Positions 14,210-26,014 of a DNA stretch of 64,000 nucleotides are shown here, one piece after another (position 1 is the first letter of the stretch; each line of letters begins with the position of its first letter). The stretch covers positions 186,001 to 250,000 of the forward strand of contig NW_026931249.1 of assembly GCF_032062105.1 (NCBI RefSeq). The letters are read 5' to 3'. The DNA is from Saccostrea cucullata. Lineage: Eukaryota. The notes below the pieces were generated by a model. The model searched no databases. It was not told the DNA's origin and saw only the letters and a list, made by a program, of their open reading frames with translations. Position numbers and translations under genes: made by a program.

Positions 14210-15573
14210 GTAGGTCCATTATTGTAACAATACAATAAATATAATTTTTAAAAAAAAACCCAAATATTGCATGATTGTGTTTATAAATATCGAATCTGAT
14301 AAAGGCAATCATGCAATAAAATACAGTGCAGCTGTTTACATGGACATCCCATAAAAATATATTTTAAAAAAATTGTTTCGATCTTATTTTTAAAAGAATA
14401 ACAGTTTAAATCATTTTTAACAATATGTTAATAAAATTCCATTTTCAGCTCCAAAAGGAATATTTTCGGAGATACTGTACTTAATTACAAAAATGTTTAA
14501 TATATTTAAAATTACAATAATAAAAAACTGTATAATGATGCAAAATTCGGAAACAAAGTTGACTCTGTACATTACTTAATAATTTATGCAAGTTCCGTTA
14601 TCACTCGAATTTAATTTGAAAGTAGTCTCAGGAACTTCAGCCTCGTTACCGATCCAAAAAAATAAGTCAAACGATTACCCATTTTCCCTTTCGGTAGGTC
14701 ATAAGTTATTTCATCTTTAACCTTCAGTTTTTATTTATACAAATAATTGTACATTGTCCTTTAGATGGGTAAAAAGGGTTTGAAATTTTTATGAGATCCT
14801 TCTCACTTTAAAATTTAAGGCGTAATTCCAAATTATAAGTCATTGGAACCCATCCTTTTAAAAACAGCTTGTAGTGATTTGCAATGTTAATTTATTTGAT
14901 CAGTATGACCAAATTCTCAAACGGATGTTATTCCACACAGTTACAGTGGCACTCAAAACATAACTTTTTTTTCTGTATTCACCAGGTAGAACGCTATATT
15001 CGGTGTGGCGGCCATCTGATGTCACGCATGGCCGCTTCATGTACCCTTCTACCCGGTGATATTGTCCAAACTTATATTGGATGTCCTTTGCGTACATGCA
15101 GGACATCCAATGCTTAATTTTTATGTAAAATAAATGGGACAATCAGAATTTAAGGCTCTATTGACAGTAAGCATCTCAAGTTAAAACATGTATAATGCAA
15201 GATTTGTCAAGACAGAAGTTGCAGTGTCTTAGAAAAATGGTCCGCTTCTTTAGAATAAAAAAACCCCCAATGCATCATTGATAATTCAACAAGAAAATAT
15301 GACAACAAGACAATATGACATACATATAGTATAGAGCATGATAGTTTTTTTTTGATACATGTAGGTTCCAATGACATGTTTCATTTGAAAGTACACTTTT
15401 TAAAGCGTAAAAGACCCCTTCGCAAAATCGAAATTTCAAACTCTTAAATTAAAGACGACATAACACACTGACCTAATGACAGGGAAAGTAGAAATGTTCT
15501 GATTTTTTTTATTTTTTAAAAAAAGGGGAATATGAGTGAAATGAAATAATTATGATATCTTTTTCAGATAAAT

Positions 15574-16407
15574 ATGAAGACTCTGCTTGTAGTCACCTTG
15601 TTCGCATTCTGCAGCGGACACAGAATCCACTTCCGTAACAACTGTAACAAGGAAGTGTGGGTAGGAATTCTGGGAAACACCATCCCAGATCAAGGTGAGA
15701 ACCATCTCTACTTCCATGATCAATTTTAAATGAAATATTTGTCTAAATAATTAGACGCATCTGGGCTAGATAATGTTGATTAACTTAATATGATATGATT
15801 TTAATTAGGGGGCTTTAAGCTTCACCATGGACAAAGTCACAGTGTTTATCTCGGACCTCATTGGTCCGGAAGGATGTGGGGAAGAACCGGATGTGGCGGA
15901 TCTCGTTGTGAGACTGGAGACTGTGGTGGTGGACGACTTCACTGCAGTGGCGCTGGTGGAGTTCCTCCTGTAACTCTCGCCGAAATCACGTTTGACGGTG
16001 CCGGAAACCAAGACTTTTACGATATCAGTTTGGTTGATGGTTTCAATCTACCTCTGAGCATGCGCCCAAGAGCCGGAACAACAGAAGGAGCATCAGGGTC
16101 ATACTATTGCCATTCTGCTGGATGCTATACAGATGTCAACAATATTTGTCCCAGTGGTATGAGAATGTACGGTACTGGCGGAGTTGTGGCCTGCAAGAGC
16201 GCCTGTCTTGCTTTCGGAAGACAAGAGTACTGCTGCAGCGGTGCTCACAACACACCGCAGACGTGTCCAAATTTCTCCTACGCCGAGACCTTTAAGAGAG
16301 CCTGTCCTCAGGCCTATAGTTACGCCTATGATGACCACAAGAGCACATTCACGTGTAGGGGAGCCGGAGGAAGACAGTCAGAATACGACGTTGTATTCTG
16401 TGGTTAA
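15574..16407 (+). CDS. Thaumatin-like protein (PR-5 family), 239 aa; exons 15574-15694, 15809-16407
   Basis: Signal peptide MKTLLVVTLFAFCSG; motifs WSGRMWGRTGC, TLAEIT, DFYDISLVDGFN, FKRACPQAYSYAYDD; 16 Cys in the mature chain; the phase-1 GT-AG intron keeps frame. Confidence 0.95.
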
Positions 16408-17009
16408 ACTATTTCATGCGATAGAACTTTAATTGTACTAAAATTGAATGTAAAATGGAATGTTTTGTTTGAATTGTCTTGATCTGATTAAGAAAACAAT
16501 ATCTTATATAATTTCTTCCTTATGTTATCATGATATTAAAATGTTTTTCTTGTTTAATAAATTTCCATTTTCCCTTTCTTTTGCATTTATAAATGGTATC
16601 AAATCTTATTTCCTGCTTGACTTTTTGCGGTTGCTGGAGTTCGAAAATTGAACACAAATGCTGCCAACACTGCAACTTTTTGATCCGCCCCTAAAATATG
16701 ACTGCCGATAAGGGAAACAAACTCCCAAGTGCTATAGAAGAAGATGGAGAAAGCACGGGTCTTGGGCATAAAAAAATCAAACCTTTGTCAATAAAATCTA
16801 TAACTGTGAATTGTTCATTCCATGGAAAAAATGAATACTTAAATTTGATCTCAGAAACAGCCGATCTTATCATTTGTGTGACAGAAATTCTCCTCCTCGA
16901 AGAAATGTCGAAACTTGATTATCAAACCTGTGGATTTGTTACAGTTATTAGTTCTGAGATTAATGCGACCAAACTCATATCGGTATAACCCTAACCTTAT
17001 CTAGCAAAG

Positions 17010-17190
17010 TTTTTTTGCGTCTCCTATCGGTGAAACCAGAGGGGACTATAGGTTTCTTCTGCGTCTGTCCTTCCGTCTGTCTCTCTAGCTGTCCCGGTGT
17101 CAGTCTGTTCCAGTTGGTTTTCCGCACTTTCTTTCCTAAACGCTTGCAGATAATGAGCTGATTTTTGGCATGTGAGTGAGTCTTGATATT
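17010..17190 (+). mobile_element. HINE-like 5' fragment
   Basis: T-run, ctcctatcggtgaaaccagaggggac hairpin, then a GTCY microsatellite. Confidence 0.5.
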
Positions 17191-17745
17191 TCAAAATATG
17201 TTAAAATTATGCAAAAATTATATTCATGATAGGATAAATATTTGTGAATAGTACATTGTGCATCTATCAATTAATCATATATTCTGATTACTAGTATTAG
17301 TCGTGTTCTGTAACCACAAAAATGATCTATCTACATAGGCGTTGGAACCGGGGGGGGGGGGGGTAGCCAAACCTTTTTTGCAAAGATAGACATAAGAGAC
17401 ATAATAAAGGCATTGAACATTGGGGCGTAGATTAAGCCTCCCATTTTCAGAAGGCACATTGAAGTTTAGGTCAGAAAAGGGTAAGTGGTGTGTTTGGAAA
17501 AAATTTGGTACTGAAAAAATGTTCGATTCTATACCCCCCCCCCCTTCCCAATAGAATTTTCGTATTTGGTTAATGAAAAAATTTCCTTCCTTTGGCTTGT
17601 CAAGTTTTTTTGTAGGTTTTGATTTTTTAATTTCTTCCACAATGATCTATCATTGAAAACCCCAATGAAACACAAACACTGGTAACTTTCTTCCATTTAA
17701 ATTGAGTTTATACATGCATGCACGCATATTTTTTTTCAGATAACC

Positions 17746-18559
17746 ATTAAAACTTTTTTAATTCTGGCAGTAGTCGCTCTATCTAGCGGACACAGAATTC
17801 ACTTCCGGAACAACTGCAACAAAGAAATCTGGGTAGGGATTCTTGGCAGCACTATTCCAGACCAAGGTAAGAAATATTCAATTTGTGTCATATGACTTGA
17901 ATTCAGACACTACATCGACATTCATGTTGAGTAATCCTGATCAATCCATTGTCTATGTAGGAGGGTTTAAGCTTTCCCATGGACAAAGTCACAATTCGTA
18001 CTTTCCGCCTCACTGGTCCGGAAGAATGTGGGGACGAACCGGATGTGGCGGATCTCACTGTGAGACTGGGGACTGGGGTGGTGGACGACTTCATTGTAGT
18101 GGCGCTGGTGGAATCCCTCCTGTTACTCTCGCTGAAATCACATTTGACGGTGCCGGAAACCAAGACTTTTACGACATCAGTTTAGTTGACGGCTTCAATA
18201 TTCCTTTGAGCATGCGCCCAAGGGCCGGAACAACAGAAGGAGCATCAGGGTCATACTATTGCCATTCTGCTGGATGCTATTTAAATGTTAATGCTGTTTG
18301 TCCCAGCGGTATGAGAATATACGGTACTGGCGGAGTTGTGGCCTGTAAGAGCGCTTGTCTTGCCTTCGGAAAACCAGAATACTGCTGCAGCGGTGCTCAC
18401 AATACGCCCCAGACGTGTCCGAATTTCCACTATGCTGATATCTTTAAGAGAGCCTGTCCCCAGGCTTACAGTTACGCCTATGACGACCACAAGAGCACAT
18501 TCACGTGTAGAGGCGCCGGAGGTAGACAGTCTGAATACGATGTTGTGTTCTGCGGTTAA
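17746..18559 (+). pseudogene. Thaumatin-like paralog 2, probable pseudogene (exons 17746-17866, 17961-18559)
   Basis: Colinear with copy 1 and free of stops, but ATT replaces ATG at 17746 and GDC is changed to GDW, removing a conserved Cys. Confidence 0.75.
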
Positions 18560-20919
18560 ACTATGTATGCATTTTTTTTTACCAAAATATAATATATTAT
18601 CAAGACATAATCAATCTTTTTTGTGTGGTATCACTATATATGTACATGTAATGAATTTTATCCTGTGAAAATTATTTAACCTAGCACTTAAACAGTTTGT
18701 GCTATGTTTAAGAAATTTTGGATTTGAAATAGTAAATTTCAATGTATTATTTATCATTAGATATTTTGAAATTACTGTTTTTAACGATTGAAACAGTGCA
18801 TATATACTGTATAAGTACTGTATAGTCAATAAAAATAATAGTGTAAAAGAGTATGGTTACCTATGATCTAAATAAAAATGACTGATTCGTTTATAAGGAT
18901 ATGCATGTAATTAAGGTAAAGTTTTAAGAACCGACAAGTTCAGAAATACAGCTCAAGTTCAGAAATATACTTTTTAAGTTCACATGGTTTTTTTGCACAA
19001 ATTAAGGTCACATTGTTATAATTCAAAATTGTGTAGCGTGAGAACAAAATATGGTTTAACAGTGATTTATAACTTAATTTTGATCTTATTCTATTACTTT
19101 AAACATAATTCACACCTAATAATTGGTAGGATTATATGTTCTTGGATGAAAGATCATGACAGTTACCAATTGGTTTTTAAAAGATTTCTCGACAAATGCA
19201 ACCATCTTTGTATCCGTTCATTTTAAAGCATACCTTTGCCTTGCCTAAATACAGAAACAGTGCAGATCATGTAACTTCTCTATTTTCTGTACATTAATAT
19301 GACACTAAGGCGCAAGATGATAGAAGTATTTTTCATCTGTTCGACTGTTTTCTATGTTAAAAAGATGAAAAATTCCCAAGTCAATTTTCTGAAATCTAGC
19401 ATCACGATAGATACCTTCCAACACAAAATTTAAAAGTTTCAGAACATAGATATCAAAGAATTTTCTTTTCAATAGTAACAATTTAATATATTGAAAAATA
19501 AACAATACTTTATTATCGTATCCTTTGACATGATTTCCTTATGCAGATACGTCATTTTTGGCTTTGCATTTCCACAAAACAAAGACAAGTATGTAAAATG
19601 TGCAAGGTACTTAGAAAAATACTCATCTGTAAGAAGTCAATTTGAACATTTCAACTAAATATTATTAAAGAAAGCTCGATTAATTAATTTGTAAACATCT
19701 ATGTTGAAATCATAAAAGTATAACATCCTACGCTTAAAAACAAATTCCCTTTTAAAATGTCGACTTTTAAAACTTAAGATAATTATTGTCGAGTGAATGC
19801 ACCTTTAAAATGAAATATTTTGTAAGGGTAATGTCTGGTACTGAAGCTCGATAAACTTAAGTTTTCTTGCACGAAAAATGTGACCTTAATTTGTACGAAA
19901 AACCATGTGAGCTTAAAAAGTTCATTGAGCTGTATATGGTCTTGATCATTATCATTATACAAAATCCGCGCTATCTTGGATGACCATTGACCAGATAATA
20001 GATAGGGCACACTGACGCTAGAGGTTATCTCTTACCAATAGTCTTCGGAAAAACAAGTTTGAAATAAGAAACAAGTGTAACTAAATTCTTTTCAGCCAAT
20101 AAGGGGTATAAGTATTTTCTAAGTTCCTTAATATTATACAGATTGAAGCTAATGAGTTTTAAATTAAGGTTCTTTGTTCTATACATTAAGGTTTATTGCT
20201 TTTTGTACATGCAAGAGGAATAACTCTATAATTTGTCATATTATAGTATTCCTATTTTTACCAGATTTTAAATTTCTTGTATAATGTACATCATCGTATA
20301 AAATAATGTTATTTGAAGGGGCTGGGGGTTGTGGCCATGTTCAGACTATTTTGACTTCCTTTAGAAGAAGAGATCCATATAAAGATATCCAAAAATGATA
20401 AAATTTTATAACTAAAATGTGTGAATTTTTTTCTTTGCCAAATGATAATTGACAGCATTAGTTATCAATAAGTTATATCTGGTGGTTAATTTGTTGACCC
20501 CCGGCCTCCTTAAAAGACTTTGTCAAGACTTACTGACAGCAATCCGAATGTATATGCGTCATTTGTATGTGAATGCAGCAGTTTCATAATTTTTTATGCT
20601 AATTTGCTGTCCTATTGAAATTGAGTTCAGGTTACTGTGATTTGTAGCATAACAATGGTTTTTAACCCCTATTTAGTTCAAAGAGTGATTAATTTATGAA
20701 AAGGGTACTCACAATCATATTCATAAATGATAAGGTGGCTACTGCCGTCGTTAGAGAAATTCAGGAAACAAGGTTTCTAAGATAACCCCGGATCGCTCCC
20801 ATGGTAAAAATAAGGATTTCCAAGACTTTATTGCACAACTATATATAGAGCAATTTCCTGTTAGATCGTATGATCGGCCAATCACCTATAGTTCCAGTTT
20901 AAATTGTAAGATGTACAAC

Positions 20920-21172
20920 AAACTGTAAAAATTTACAGATTCAAATGTAAATTTTACAGATTAAAGTATGAATTTTACACTTTAATGTGTACAATTTACA
21001 CATGAATGTGTATAATATTTACAGATTAAAGTGTAAATTTTACAGATTAATGTGTACAATTTACATTTTAATGCGTGAAATTTCAAATTAAAGTGTAAAG
21101 TCTACAGATTAAAGTGTAAAAGTATACTTTAATTTTTCTTTTTAAGTTAAGTGGCACTAATACGCTTCCGTA
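20920..21172. repeat. ~22-bp minisatellite, probably internal to a MITE
   Basis: Repeated aattttacagattaaagtgta-type units ending in aagtggcactaatacgcttccgta. Confidence 0.65.
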
Positions 21173-22012
21173 TCGAAGAAATGAGATTGCTACTGCTTGA
21201 AATGTGGCATCGTCTCAAGCCACGGTCTGGAGTCCGCATTATAGCTCTCTCCTAATGGGAGAGGATCGTACATTTTGGCCGTGGTTTGCGACGATGGAAA
21301 TGTGGTTGATTTGAATAAAACAGAGGGACGGATACGGATAACAATATATCCGGGGTATTTCTGTAGAGTGTGGGGGTATAAAAATGATAATATGTTTACT
21401 TTACAAAAAAGTAACTCTTCAGTAAAACTTATGACTTCTTACACGTGTATTGTGCAGGCGCCAAACCTTGGTTTTACATAGTTTCAAGTAAGCAAATTAA
21501 AGTTAAATGCAAGGTTGATTTAATGTTAATCAATTTTTTTTTTCAAACTGGTTTTGGTATATATAGAATGTCAGTAAAAAAAAATTATTTAAATTTCTAA
21601 ACACTTTTAAAATGTTAAATTTTTTATTAAATCTCTCCTTAAATATTTAAAATTCAAGTTTCTTAAAATGATTTTGGTATTTTTAACTTTTGAGTTTTCA
21701 ATCTATCGTTCGTATTGAGAGTTTGAAACAAGAAAATCGAAAGTTCAGTTCTATTTTACGTCATCTGATATGTCAAAATTTACTCCAAACTGCTAAATAG
21801 ACTAAAAACTCTAAAGTATCAAATACCAAGTCCGCTTTGCATAAAAAATTTGAATATTCAGGGTAAAAATCCTATACATGACACGATATGTAGATCTGTT
21901 AATATAATACACAGTTTCCACTCGTTGTTTTAAAATTTTATTTTGTATAATTGACAAACTGATGAGAATGGTTGAAGGTATTAGTTATCTAGATATAGTC
22001 TATACCGATTGT

Positions 22013-22516
22013 CTAATAACGTGGTCTTCGCCGCCTTCGTTGGGGTGTCGGGCGGAAGGATCCTTGATTAAAACCGCCGGAACCAGAGCCGAAGCTCGAA
22101 CGTCGGTTACCTCCGCTACTCCACTGAGATCCGCTAATGAAATCTTGCTGACCAAAACCGGAATCAAATCCGCCATTATCCCATGACGAAATTGAAGAGC
22201 GGGCAAAACTGTTGCCTTGACCGCCTAAACCTCCAAACCTGTCGGAAGAAATTCCATCAAACGTGGAAATTCCTAACTCTGAATTGTCAATCCCGAGGCT
22301 ATTGGCGGAAAGACCCGAACCTAATGCCGGAGCTCCGATGAAATCGGCCTGAAAACCACCGACATCTCCGAGCTGGTTCCCAAAATCAAAACCGTTGTTG
22401 AAATCACGCCCACCGTTGTTGAAGTCACCCCCAAAGAAGTCACTGCCCCCGAACCTGCCGTTTCTCTGGCAGTAGGAGAGCGTCAGGAAGCAAAGAGCTA
22501 TAAATACCCGCAGCAT
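22013..22516 (-). CDS. Secreted Gly/Phe/Asp/Asn-rich protein (167 aa) with basic RRRRRPRY tail, shematrin-like architecture
   Basis: Signal peptide ...LSYC|Q; DFNNG repeats; acceptor directly before the ATG; upstream donor at 22905/22904; TATA at 22965-22971; AATAAA at ~21937-21942. Confidence 0.9.
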   Translation of the reverse strand: MLRVFIALCFLTLSYCQRNGRFGGSDFFGGDFNNGGRDFNNGFDFGNQLGDVGGFQADFIGAPALGSGLSANSLGIDNSELGISTFDGISSDRFGGLGGQGNSFARSSISSWDNGGFDSGFGQQDFISGSQWSSGGNRRSSFGSGSGGFNQGSFRPTPQRRRRRPRY

Positions 22517-24326
22517 CTGTGTATAAAGGAATCAATTCATCAAAATTCAAATTTCAAAATGCTGTGTTTAAGTACAATGTAATTTAAAAAAATTAAATGG
22601 CTACATGTACAATCATACACACAAAAAGTTAAAAATGCATTGTAGTAATATATGTTATACTAGTATCAGATTATGTTCCTTTTATCAAAGTGAAAAAGGG
22701 TGTAAAACGACCATTATCAAAATCAATTCTTTTTTCACTTTTTTTAAATTTAATTTTTTTTCAAAATATTGTTTACAACTTTTTTTAAGGTTCATCATTA
22801 TATATAAAGATTGTTTTTTAAATTTATTTTTTGATAATTTTAAAGAAAATGTAGGGGGGAAAATTATAAAACGAATTATATATATAATTTTCAAATAAAC
22901 TTACCTTGGAAGTGAACTACACTGACAGAAGTCAACGGTATTGTGGAAAAAATCCCAATAAAGGTTTTATACCATTAACAACTATAAACAGCGAGTTGCA
23001 CTTCGCTCATCTGTTAACGAGGCGAACTGATTGATGACAAGTCGGAGTAAACACTTAAATGGGCTTCCATAAAACGCCCATTTTCCTTCTGTTGACCTGC
23101 AAGCAAAAAATCTGCAGAATTCTATTTCTGAAGTAATTATCGTAAACTATACTCACATAAATAATAAACAATGATGAATGGACTCGCCGACAAAGCGGTA
23201 CATCGTGTTCGGATGTTAATATTGTCGTAAAATGGAGGACAGGAAATCAGTTTTTCTGCATTTAACACGTGTTTGAATAATGTTCCTTATCAATATTGTT
23301 GTGAAATATCAGTAGGTCAGTTTTATGTTAATGAGTTGGTTTTAATTGTAATTAATTTTGTGTGTTACACAGCGACTTACGGGTATGAAAAAAATAACGA
23401 TAAATTATATTTTGGAATAATTCTAATTAATATATTTGCGATTACATGTTCTACTGAAGAGGATTAAAAATCCCTTGAGGGTTTTTTCTTCCTTTCTTTG
23501 GTCACAAATATTTGATTTCCATGCATTTTGATGTCTACATTTGCATAATTATACAACTTCTAAAATAGGAAATTATTACTTGGAAATCGGATATTGTTAG
23601 ACCAAAATTCAATAAAAGTAATGTTGCGAATACTTTTGTTTAGAGGTATGTAAAATAAAACCTGTTATTGGAAAAAAATATCTTAATTTGCCTAAAAATG
23701 CGTTAAGAACTTTCTAGTACAACTTATAATTATGTTTTTTTAATATTCCCCGAATTTATTCTACAATTATTATTATTTCTTTTGAACACAGCAAGCGGGA
23801 ACATAGCATCACTGTTGAAAGGTGGGAGGGGCAGCCATAGGAAAATAAAATTCAACCTACCTGAAAATTTTTAAACAAGAAAAAAGTATTATAATCATAA
23901 TTATTTCATAGAGGAATGGGGGTGATAACCTGGAAAGAACTGTGGGAAGACTGGTAGCCCCCTTCCATCTTGATATTACGTGACTGGCAAAATTAAAATC
24001 ATATCTGACTTGAAAAGGAGGCATACATTGCCACTGACAATGGTTTTCTTGGGGAGGTTCAAAATTTTCAATGTCATCGTCAACGACTCGTATATACAGC
24101 ATTTAAATGTATTACCAAAATTATCTTTATACTTTACTTACTTTTTCTTTTTTACTTCATATAATATCTGTCCTCTGAAAATTCAATCCTGGTAAAAACT
24201 GGCATAGAAACTCATAGATTAAGCCTGTTTCCTCATGTACTTTGTGAAAGTTGTAAGCTTTTTCTGCCATTGGAGTTGAATTTTAATATTGTGTGTTTTA
24301 AGGAAGGATCATTTGATGGGCATACA

Positions 24327-25503
24327 CATGGGCTGTTCAATAAACAATGTCCTGAACTCTATGACATACAACACGGATATCATATGTCATTAAGCTTGGC
24401 TTTCTCTTGTGGTTGAAACTAGAAAGAAATTAAACGCTTCATGAAAGCTGCTGTAAAACTTGTTAAGAATCCCCCAAAATATTGACTGATATTTGTGAAA
24501 TTTACAGCAACCAATGTCTGTCTTTTAGACACATGAGCAGGTGGATTTCAATAAAAAATAATGATGTAATGGTCATCAAAATTTGGCACCGTCCTTGGCA
24601 ACAAGGACCTACAATACCCAATGTTCTGTATGCCAAAATTCAACAAATTATCACTTATGATGTTTGATTGACTTTAAGACACCTTGCAAATTTGATAGAC
24701 ATCGATTTGGGGGCAGTTCACTCTATTTTAAAGAAACATTTGACAGTAAAAAAGCTGGAGTGGTCAATGGTCACCCCATGTTTTGAAAATTGAGTAAAAA
24801 ATCAGAAAATGTAGTTTGAAATTCAAACAGATAATGAAACTTGAATCCATTGCTTTAACACGTTTAAACCCTCAAAACAAAACAATAAGATACACTTGAC
24901 AAAAACATCAAAGGTCTGAAAAGAGTAAAGAATTGCAAGCGAAAAAAAAGACAGTTTTATATGCCATTTTCTTAAATATTAGTGGTTTTGATGTTCAAAT
25001 TCTTATTCGGGGAGGCAGTTTAATTTCTGGAGGAGTTTAGAAAGCAAAATGTTAGCGAAAAAATCAAAAGTTTTATGAAAGTAAGGAACCAGAATGAGGA
25101 ATTCACTAGATTAAATTTATTCTTGACAGCGTCCAAAGACTCCAAACCCACACTCCCTGAAGAGTAAAGGTGGTTTGGGGATAAACACTAAGTTAATGTT
25201 TTGTCACACCAACAATATTCACCAGATCTGTCACCCTTTGACTTGGTTCATTTTCCAAACTTGAAAGAGAAACACCATTCAGAAAGAAGAAACAAGTACA
25301 TAAAATCATAGGATCTGCCATATTCCACTTTACGAAGGGCCATATTCAAAAACGTGTTTTAAAAACAATCTGAAATTGTATAAAAATGTTTCGGGCATGT
25401 TGTTTAATTAAAAGAGAATATTTGAGTTAAACAATTAAGACTAAATCATTGAAAAGTGTCTTCTTTCCGAGCATCGAGGACATTATTTATTGAACAGCCC
25501 TCG
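24327..25503 (+). mobile_element. Degenerate mariner transposon
   Basis: TIRs gggctgttcaataaacaatgtcc / ggacattatttattgaacagccc; decayed motifs W-x-PH-x-L (~24768), TDNET*I (~24826) and QYSPDLSPFD (~25215, equivalent to YSPDLAP-D); no long ORF. Confidence 0.85.
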
Positions 25504-26014
25504 TACGTGTCTAACTCTCTGGCTTGTTTTTTTCTCTCTATCTCTGTATCAAAATTCTAGTAAGTTTAGGTTTTTTCTGTGTGACTGGTTTCTACTGTTA
25601 ATCAAAGCTTGATTTAATTCTATAAAAAGAAAGAAGTATTTCGATTGAAAAAAATGAAGGTAACATCAGGTATGATTTAACAGACAGACCTTGTTTCATG
25701 CAAGTGACGCAGGTATAGGCGTTAATGATAAAGAAGAATTTTCAGAGTCATGTCATTTATTTCTAAACAAAAAGCACACAAAGGTAAAGTCGTGATTGGG
25801 GGACCATCTCAACGTCAGGACCGGAAGCTGTTGGCGTCGGTTAATCTATAAATAGATACAGGTTTATATGATTAAAAAATGACATAAACAATGCATATTA
25901 GTTGATTAATAATTATTTTGTGTATCATTTAAAGAAATATAATCTATTTCCTATAGGAGCAAAAACTCACCAAAAATGGAGTAGGAGGCATCCAGTTTTT
26001 AGAGATCCGTGAGT

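Noticed and set aside
17843-17960. N-terminal extension of the 238-aa TLP ORF
   Set aside because: Out-of-frame exon end plus intron sequence.
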